DNA from: Candidatus Methylomirabilia bacterium
GTDB lineage: Bacteria; Methylomirabilota; Methylomirabilia; Rokubacteriales; CSP1-6
Reading direction: 5' to 3'
NCBI GenBank assembly: GCA_041497115.1
Contig: JBGQFW010000011.1
Coordinates: 2,699-66,698, forward strand
Length of the DNA stretch: 64,000 nucleotides
Position numbers and translations under genes: made by a program
Part shown: in pieces, positions 57,880-64,000 of the stretch
Numbering within the stretch: the stretch's first letter is position 1
How the letters are laid out: the number at the start of each line of letters is the position of its first letter
Notes under the pieces: generated by a model
The model's database searches: none
Told to the model about the DNA's origin: nothing
Seen by the model: only the letters and a program-made list of their open reading frames with translations

Positions 57880-59186
57880 CAGTAGCGGTTGGCGATCGGC
57901 AGCTCGTCGGCCGGGAAGAGCGTGATGATCTGGGCCCCCGCCGGCGTGACGATCACCTCTTCCTCGATGCGCGCCGCCGACACGCCGTCGGTGGCCGGGC
58001 AGTACGTCTCGACCGCGAACATCATGCCCGCCTCGAGCTCCATCGGGTCGTCGAACGAGTTGAGCCGGCTGATGATCGGCCGCTCGTGCAGCCCCAGCCC
58101 GATGCCATGGCAGAAGTTGAGGCCGAAGGCCCCCATCTCGCTGTCGAAGCCGATGTCGGCGGCCTTGGGGAACGCGCGGGCGATCTTGTCGGTGGTGACG
58201 CCCGGCTTGATCAGCGCGATGGCCTCGTCCATCCACTCGCGCGCCTTCTTGTACGCGACCAGCTGGGGCCGGGTCGCCTTGCCGACGCTGAACGTGCGGT
58301 AGTAGCAGGTGCGGTAGCCGACGAACGACATGATGATGTCGAAGAACGCCTGGTCGCCCGGCCGGATGATGCGGTCGGTGAAGTTGTGCGGATGCGGGCT
58401 GCAGCGCTCACCGGAGATCGCGTTGATCGCCTCCACGCTGTCGGAGCCCATCTCGTACAACCGCTTGTTGGCCAGCGCCACGATCTCGTTCTCGCGCGCG
58501 CCCGGCTTGAGCGCCTCGTAGATGTCCTGGTAGACGCCGTCCACCATCGCCGCCGCCATGTTGAGCAGCGTCAGCTCGTCCTGGCTCTTGAGCATGCGCG
58601 CCTCCAGCATCACCTGCTGGCCGTCGCGCACCTCGACCCCGAGCTCTTGCAGCGCGAAGAGGAACGGCGGCTCGACGAGGTCGATGCCCAGCGGCATGCC
58701 GGCCACGCCCTCGGCCTTGAGGATGTCGCGGATCTCCTGCGCGGCTTTCTTGAATAGGCCGGCCTTCGGCGACACCGCGCCGCGCATGCCGACCATGCCG
58801 GCCAGCGACTGCTTGGCGGGGATCTGCGGCGCGTAGAGGCGGTGGTGGCGCGCCGCCGAGCCGAAGTCCCACACCCACGGCTCGCCGGTGCCGGTGAGCA
58901 GACACCAGCGGGTGAGCTTGTCGCGCGCCCACTCGCCGATGACGGTGCCGGAGAGATAGCGGATGTTGTACTGGTCGAACACGAGGACGGCGCCGAGGCC
59001 GGAGGCGGCCAGCGCCCGGCGCGCGCGGCCGAGGCGATAGGCGTGCAGCCGCTTGAAGTCCACGCGCTCCTCGAAGTCCACCTGCATGTGGCCGGGCGCC
59101 TGCAGCGGGCGGTCCCAGCGATAACGCGGGTCGACGTCGTCGGCGCTGACGGGCCTGGCCTTCGGCGCTTCGGGCTTGCGGGCCAT
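57879..59186 (-). CDS. M24 (Xaa-Pro peptidase/creatinase fold) family protein
   Basis: NIRYLSG, ARMLKSQDE, HGIGLGLHERP, AVET and RIEEEV motifs. Confidence 0.88.
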   Translation of the reverse strand: MARKPEAPKARPVSADDVDPRYRWDRPLQAPGHMQVDFEERVDFKRLHAYRLGRARRALAASGLGAVLVFDQYNIRYLSGTVIGEWARDKLTRWCLLTGTGEPWVWDFGSAARHHRLYAPQIPAKQSLAGMVGMRGAVSPKAGLFKKAAQEIRDILKAEGVAGMPLGIDLVEPPFLFALQELGVEVRDGQQVMLEARMLKSQDELTLLNMAAAMVDGVYQDIYEALKPGARENEIVALANKRLYEMGSDSVEAINAISGERCSPHPHNFTDRIIRPGDQAFFDIIMSFVGYRTCYYRTFSVGKATRPQLVAYKKAREWMDEAIALIKPGVTTDKIARAFPKAADIGFDSEMGAFGLNFCHGIGLGLHERPIISRLNSFDDPMELEAGMMFAVETYCPATDGVSAARIEEEVIVTPAGAQIITLFPADELPIANRY

Positions 59187-59215
59187 CGGGCTCCTCCTTC
59201 GGGTCGGGCGCTACT

Positions 59216-59749
59216 CTACCGCGGCCCGACGATGCGCGCCCAGAGTCGCCGGGAGTCCTCCGGCAGCAGCGGCAGCGCCGCCTCGACCGCGGCCGCCAGC
59301 GCGCCGCGATCGCCGGATGCCAGCAGCTGCTCGACGTCCCACGCGTCCTGGGGCCCGGCGGCGTAGAGCTTGAGGACGATCAGGTCGGCGAGCGCGGCGA
59401 CGGGCACCAGCTCGCCCTCGATCGAGCGCGGCGTGGCGCGCTCGAGGATCCCGGCCTGCCAGCCCGAGCGGCCGACGATCACGTCCACCGAGGATTGATC
59501 GGGGGCCGCGAGGCGGGCGGCGCCGGCCAGCGGGTCGTCGGCGTCGCCTCGCCGCACCTGGACCATGATCCCGTCGCGCTCGAGCGGTGCCCACACCGAC
59601 GGCGCCAGGCAGGCGGCGTCGAGCGTGAGGACGTCGAGATCGCGCGTGGAGCGCGTCACCCCGTACACCGCCATCGCCGCCGCGCCCACCACGGCGAACG
59701 GGATGCGCCGCTCGCGCAGCAGCGCCGCGACGCGGCCGAGCAGGCTCAG
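59216..59749 (-). CDS. Nucleotidyltransferase toxin, MenT1/AbiEii-like (CTG start)
   Basis: FAVVGAAAM...RSTRDLDVL (G-x-A, DxD), VDVI, LIVLKL and PQDAWD. CTGA overlap with the upstream small ORF. Confidence 0.78.
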   Translation of the reverse strand: MSLLGRVAALLRERRIPFAVVGAAAMAVYGVTRSTRDLDVLTLDAACLAPSVWAPLERDGIMVQVRRGDADDPLAGAARLAAPDQSSVDVIVGRSGWQAGILERATPRSIEGELVPVAALADLIVLKLYAAGPQDAWDVEQLLASGDRGALAAAVEAALPLLPEDSRRLWARIVGPR

Positions 59750-59973
59750 CCGGCCAGCTCCCGCAAGCAGCGCGACGGCCGACGCGCCGCCTGGCGCCGG
59801 CGGCGGAGCTCGCGATCGGCCTCGTCGCGGCCGAGCGGTGGATCGTGGGCGAGGCGGAACGTCTCGAGGTCGCGCGCGCCGAGTCGCAGGGCGAGCCGGA
59901 CGCGCTCGGCGGAACGGAGCGTCGCGAGCGCGCGGCGCTCGTCGGCCCGGAGGAGATCGGCCAGTCGGTGCAC
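59746..59973 (-). CDS. Putative antitoxin (MenA1-like), 75 aa
   Basis: Small helical ORF coupled to the NTase, containing AERVRLAL. TATTAT lies 7 nt upstream of the GTG. Confidence 0.65.
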   Translation of the reverse strand: MHRLADLLRADERRALATLRSAERVRLALRLGARDLETFRLAHDPPLGRDEADRELRRRRQAARRPSRCLRELAG

Positions 59974-60004
59974 GGCGCCTATAATACGCCCCGGAGGTCA
60001 GACG

Positions 60005-61603
60005 ATGCCCGGACCCTCGCAGCCCGAGCTGTACCGTCCCAAGCTCGCGTACCCCGACATCCCGTACGGCGCGATGCTCGACCGCCCGGTGACGCTCTAT
60101 CCCGAGCGGGTGGCCATCACGTTCCCCGACGTGAGCCTGACGTTCCGCGAGCTCGATGGCCTCGTCAACGCGCTCGCCCACGCGCTGCGCGCGCTCGGCA
60201 TCGGCCCCGGCGACCGCGTGTGCCTGTTCATGACGAACCGGCCGGAGTACGTCGTCGCGTTCTTCGCCGTCGCCCGGATCGGCGCGGTGTCGAGCCCGAT
60301 GAACCCGTCCTACAAGGAGCGCGAGGTCGCCTACCAGCTCGGCGACGCGCAGGCGGTGGCGGTGGTCGTGCAACAAGACCTGCTGCCGCTCGTGCGGGCG
60401 GTGCGCGGCGAGGTCCCGCGGCTGCGCCACATCGTCGTCGTGGGGCCGGGCGCCACCGCCGCGGCCGACGTGACGCGCTTCGCCGATCTGGTGGCCGCCG
60501 CCTCCGCTCAGCCGCCGGCGCATGCGGTCGCCGGCGGCGACGAGCTGCTGGTGCTCCCCTACTCGAGCGGCACCACCGGGCTACCCAAGGGCGTGCTGCT
60601 CAGCCACGGCGTGTTCGTCGCCAACAACATCCAGTTCCTCTCCGCGATCCGCGCGACCGACGCCGACCGGTTCCTGATCTTCCTGCCCTTCTATCACATC
60701 TACGGCTTGATGCTGATGGGCGGCGCCGTCCACGCCGGCATCGAGATGGTCGTCATGGAGCGCTTCGGCATGGCCGAGGCGCTGCGGCTCATCGTCGAGC
60801 GGAAGATCACGATCGTCTTCGCGGTGCCGCCGGTGCTGCTGGCGATGGCGAACAAGCCCGACATCGGCACGGTGGACTGGAGCAGCGTCGCGATGTTCAT
60901 GGTGGGCGCGGCGCCGACGCCGCCCGAGCTGGCCCGCCGCTTCACGCAGCTCACCGGCGTGAGGGTCGTGCAGGGCTACGGCCTCACCGAGGCGGGGCCG
61001 ATCACGCATCTCAACCCGGTGCACGACGACAGCCGGCTCACGCTCGACACCGCCGGCCTGCCGTGCAACGACACCGAGCAGAAGATCGTGGACCTCGAGA
61101 CGGGCGAGCGCGAGCTGCCGGTGGGCGAGGTCGGCGAGGTGATCGTGCGCGGCCCCCAGCTCATGCTCGGCTACTGGAACGCGCCCGACTCGACGGCGGC
61201 GGCGCTGCGCGAGGGCTGGCTCTACACCGGCGACATCGGCCGCCTCGACGCGCAGGGCTACCTCACGATCACCGACCGCAAGAAGGAGATGATCAAGTAC
61301 AAGGGGTTCGGCATCGCGCCGGCCGAGATCGAGGCGCTGCTGTTCGAGCACCCCGGCGTGGCCGACTGCGCGGTGATCGGCAAGCCCGACGACGAGGCGG
61401 GCGAGGTGCCCAAGGCCTTCGTCGTCCTCAAGGACAAGGCGCTCACCGCGGACGCGCTGCTGCAGTGGGCACGCGGCCGGCTGGCCGGCTACAAGACGCT
61501 GCAGGAGATCCAGTTCGTCGAGGCGATCCCCAAGACGGCGTCGGGCAAGATCCTGCGCCGCGTCCTCAAGGAGGAGGAGCGCAAGCGGCTGGGGCTGGCG
61601 TGA
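60005..61603 (+). CDS. AMP-binding acyl/aryl-CoA ligase
   Basis: YSSGTTGLPKG, QGYGLTE, YTGDIG, DRKKEMIK and PKTASGKI motifs. Confidence 0.93.
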   Translation: MPGPSQPELYRPKLAYPDIPYGAMLDRPVTLYPERVAITFPDVSLTFRELDGLVNALAHALRALGIGPGDRVCLFMTNRPEYVVAFFAVARIGAVSSPMNPSYKEREVAYQLGDAQAVAVVVQQDLLPLVRAVRGEVPRLRHIVVVGPGATAAADVTRFADLVAAASAQPPAHAVAGGDELLVLPYSSGTTGLPKGVLLSHGVFVANNIQFLSAIRATDADRFLIFLPFYHIYGLMLMGGAVHAGIEMVVMERFGMAEALRLIVERKITIVFAVPPVLLAMANKPDIGTVDWSSVAMFMVGAAPTPPELARRFTQLTGVRVVQGYGLTEAGPITHLNPVHDDSRLTLDTAGLPCNDTEQKIVDLETGERELPVGEVGEVIVRGPQLMLGYWNAPDSTAAALREGWLYTGDIGRLDAQGYLTITDRKKEMIKYKGFGIAPAEIEALLFEHPGVADCAVIGKPDDEAGEVPKAFVVLKDKALTADALLQWARGRLAGYKTLQEIQFVEAIPKTASGKILRRVLKEEERKRLGLA

Positions 61604-61607
61604 CCCG

Positions 61608-62183
61608 CTAGCGCGCGCGGCGCAGGATCAGGAAGTACTGGTGCGGCAGGATCGCGCGCTCGCCGACCAGCCGCAGGCCGGCGCGGCGGGCGTCGCGCAG
61701 GAACCGCGCGCGCGACACGCGGCGGCGCGGCGGCGGGCCGAATTCCGACTCCTCGTTCCAGTCCACGTTGATCACCCGCGCGCCGGGCGCCAGCGACGCG
61801 GCCAGCCGGCGCAGGAACGCCGCGCGGCCGTGCAGGTGGTGGTAGACGTTGATCAGCACGGCGGTGCGGCACCGGCCGCGCGGCAGCAGCGGATCGTCGT
61901 CGCGCCCGAGCACCGGCGTGACGTTGCGCGCCCCCGCCCGCGCCATCCGCCGGCGCAACACATCGAGCACTGCCGGCTCGGGGTCCACCGCGTAGACGTG
62001 GCCCGACGGGCCGACGGCGCGCGCCAGCCGCGCGGTGAAGTAGCCGGGCCCCGAGCCGATCTCGGCCACCTCCTGCCCGCGCGCCAGCCCGAGCGCGCGC
62101 ACGAGCGCGGCGGGCTTCTGCCACCGCGCCCGCCGCGGGTTGAGCTGCCGCTTCAGCGCGCCGGCCAGCTCCTTGGGCGTCAT
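61608..62183 (-). CDS. Class I SAM-dependent methyltransferase
   Basis: VAEIGSGPGYF, VYAVD and NVYHH motifs. Confidence 0.85.
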   Translation of the reverse strand: MTPKELAGALKRQLNPRRARWQKPAALVRALGLARGQEVAEIGSGPGYFTARLARAVGPSGHVYAVDPEPAVLDVLRRRMARAGARNVTPVLGRDDDPLLPRGRCRTAVLINVYHHLHGRAAFLRRLAASLAPGARVINVDWNEESEFGPPPRRRVSRARFLRDARRAGLRLVGERAILPHQYFLILRRAR

Positions 62184-63274
62184 GCCCCGGCCTCCGGCGT
62201 GATGTCGATCCAGCGCCCGCCCGCAACGGCCGCGTCGGCGGCGGCGTCGAGCACCTGCTGGGCGCGCACCCCCTCGAGGAGCGAGGGCGAGGGCGTGCGA
62301 CCGCTTCGGATGCCCTCGAGGAAACGGGCGACGAGCGGCGCGATGGTGCCGCGCCCGATCTGCTCGAACGCCTCGGCGCCGGCCACCGCCGGCGCCGCCG
62401 CGCGCGGCGTCACCGGCTCGAAGGCGCCGCCGCGCGAGAGGCGCACCTCGCCCGCCCACCACGCGGGCGCCTCGCGCCCGAGGCGATACTGCACGGCGCC
62501 GGTGGTGCCATACGCCTCCAGCGTGTGCTCGTTGACGCCGTGGGCGACGCGGCTGGCGGTGAACGACACCTGGGCGCCGCCCGCGAGCACGCCGAGGAGG
62601 GTGCACCAGTCCTCGGCGTCGGCCGGACGCGCCACGCCGGGCGCCGAGCGGCTCGGATAGGCGACGCCCATCGTCGCCGTCACGCGCGCGAACTCGCCGA
62701 AGCACCAGCGGATCATGTCCACCACGTGCACGCCCATGTCGCCGAGCGCGCCATGGCCGGCCTGCGCGCGGTCCATGCGCCAGGTGGCCGCCGCGCTCTC
62801 GGCGGCCCAGCGCGCGCCGAGCCAGCGCCCGGCGATGTGGAACGGCCGGCCGATCGCCCCCTCGGCGACCAGGTCGTGGAAGGTCTGCATGGCGGCGGTG
62901 AACCGCCAGTTGAAGCCGGTCATCGCGATTCGCCCGGCGCGGGCGGCGGCCTGCACCATGCGGCGCCCCTCGGCCACCGTCATCGCCACCGGCTTCTCGC
63001 ACAGCACGTGGGCGCCGCGGGCGAACGCGGCCTCGGCGATCGCCAGGTGCAGGTGCGGCGGCGTGGCGATGACCACGATCTCCGGTCGCGCGCGCTCGAG
63101 CAGGTCTTCCCAGCGCGCGAACACTTGGGGAACGCCGTGGGCGTCGGCGATCGTGCGCGCCGCCGCCTCGTCACGCTGGCTCACCGCGACGACCTCGCAG
63201 CCGTTGGCCTGGAACGCCGGAATGTGGGCGCGGCCGAAGCCGAGCCCGATGACGCCGACACTGGGACCTGCCAT
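62180..63274 (-). CDS. Gfo/Idh/MocA family oxidoreductase
   Basis: GVIGLGFG, IATPP, LCEKP and GALGDMGVH motifs. Confidence 0.9.
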   Translation of the reverse strand: MAGPSVGVIGLGFGRAHIPAFQANGCEVVAVSQRDEAAARTIADAHGVPQVFARWEDLLERARPEIVVIATPPHLHLAIAEAAFARGAHVLCEKPVAMTVAEGRRMVQAAARAGRIAMTGFNWRFTAAMQTFHDLVAEGAIGRPFHIAGRWLGARWAAESAAATWRMDRAQAGHGALGDMGVHVVDMIRWCFGEFARVTATMGVAYPSRSAPGVARPADAEDWCTLLGVLAGGAQVSFTASRVAHGVNEHTLEAYGTTGAVQYRLGREAPAWWAGEVRLSRGGAFEPVTPRAAAPAVAGAEAFEQIGRGTIAPLVARFLEGIRSGRTPSPSLLEGVRAQQVLDAAADAAVAGGRWIDITPEAGA

Positions 63275-63295
63275 GCGAATGCCTCCCGGGACGGG

Positions 63296-64000
63296 TTACG
63301 AGTGGGCGCGCTGGGCGCGCAGGAAGTCGCCGACGGCGCGGTTGTACGGCTCGGGCAGGACTTGCGGCACGAAATGGCCGCCGCCGTCGAGCACGACGTA
63401 CCGGGCGCCCGGGATCCCCCGGGCCAGCTCGTCGGAATAGAACTTCGGCGTCGTCATGTCGTCCTGCGCGACGACGACGAGCGTCGGCGTGCGGATGTCG
63501 CCCAGTTGCTTGCGCCGATCGAACGCGACGATGGCGTCGATGCGGCTGGCGACGATCTCCGCCGGCGGCCACGCGGCTACCTGCGCGCGGTGCCCCTCGG
63601 CGATCGTCGCGTCGTTGCGGCTCACCCACTCGGGCGGCGCCAGCACCAGCACCGAGGCGCGCAGGTAGGCTTCGATGCCGCGCGTGAGCAGCACGTCCTT
63701 GCGCGCCTCGAACAGCCGGCGGAAGTAGGGGTCCGGCCCCGCCCACGTCGCCGAGAGCACCAGGCTGCGCAGCCGCCGCGGGTGATCGAGCGCGATCACC
63801 TGGCCGATGGCGCCGCCGGTGGAGTGGCCGACCAGGTGGGCGGCCTCGACGCCGAGCGCGTCCATGAGCCGCAGCGTGTCGGCGGCCATCTGCTCGACCG
63901 AATAGCGGATCTTCGAGTGCGTGCTGCGCCCGGCGCCGCGGTGGTCGTGGACGATCACGCGGAAGTCGTCCTTGAAGGCCGCGACTTGCGGGGCCCAGAA
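63296..64000 (-). CDS. Alpha/beta hydrolase, RutD-like (5' end beyond window)
   Basis: HDHRGAGRS, GHSTGG, DPYFRRLFEAR and GGGH motifs. Confidence 0.82.
   Translation of the reverse strand, partial: FWAPQVAAFKDDFRVIVHDHRGAGRSTHSKIRYSVEQMAADTLRLMDALGVEAAHLVGHSTGGAIGQVIALDHPRRLRSLVLSATWAGPDPYFRRLFEARKDVLLTRGIEAYLRASVLVLAPPEWVSRNDATIAEGHRAQVAAWPPAEIVASRIDAIVAFDRRKQLGDIRTPTLVVVAQDDMTTPKFYSDELARGIPGARYVVLDGGGHFVPQVLPEPYNRAVGDFLRAQRAHS

Overview
This is a very GC-rich (roughly 70% by eye), densely coding bacterial chromosomal window of about 70 genes. Gene content and style suggest Candidatus Rokuibacteriota, but that is an inference. Most genes encode accessory catabolic or redox enzymes: a thiolase next to an HMG-CoA-synthase-like/DUF35 fusion, acyl-CoA dehydrogenases, a FadB-like enzyme, a CoA transferase and CoA ligase, two TauD/TfdA dioxygenases, an LLM monooxygenase with a ferritin-like diiron protein, an aldehyde:ferredoxin oxidoreductase (AOR), two 'core' MetE-like proteins and BluB. 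There are also two peptide-type ABC clusters that lack ATPase genes, a TonB-dependent receptor, leuA and rpsU. A pqqABCDE operon lies divergent from a PQQ-dependent sugar dehydrogenase and a di-heme cytochrome c. Features not evident from the ORF track: (1) the 32-aa PqqA precursor; (2) a Leu-containing leader peptide and terminator upstream of leuA; (3) a MenA1/MenT1-like nucleotidyltransferase toxin-antitoxin pair with a CTG start; (4) a dispersed two-hairpin intergenic repeat family showing a compensatory base change; (5) pervasive leaderless, back-to-back -10 promoters; (6) an internally deleted GT2 pseudogene. I recognised no rRNA, tRNA, CRISPR array or transposase.
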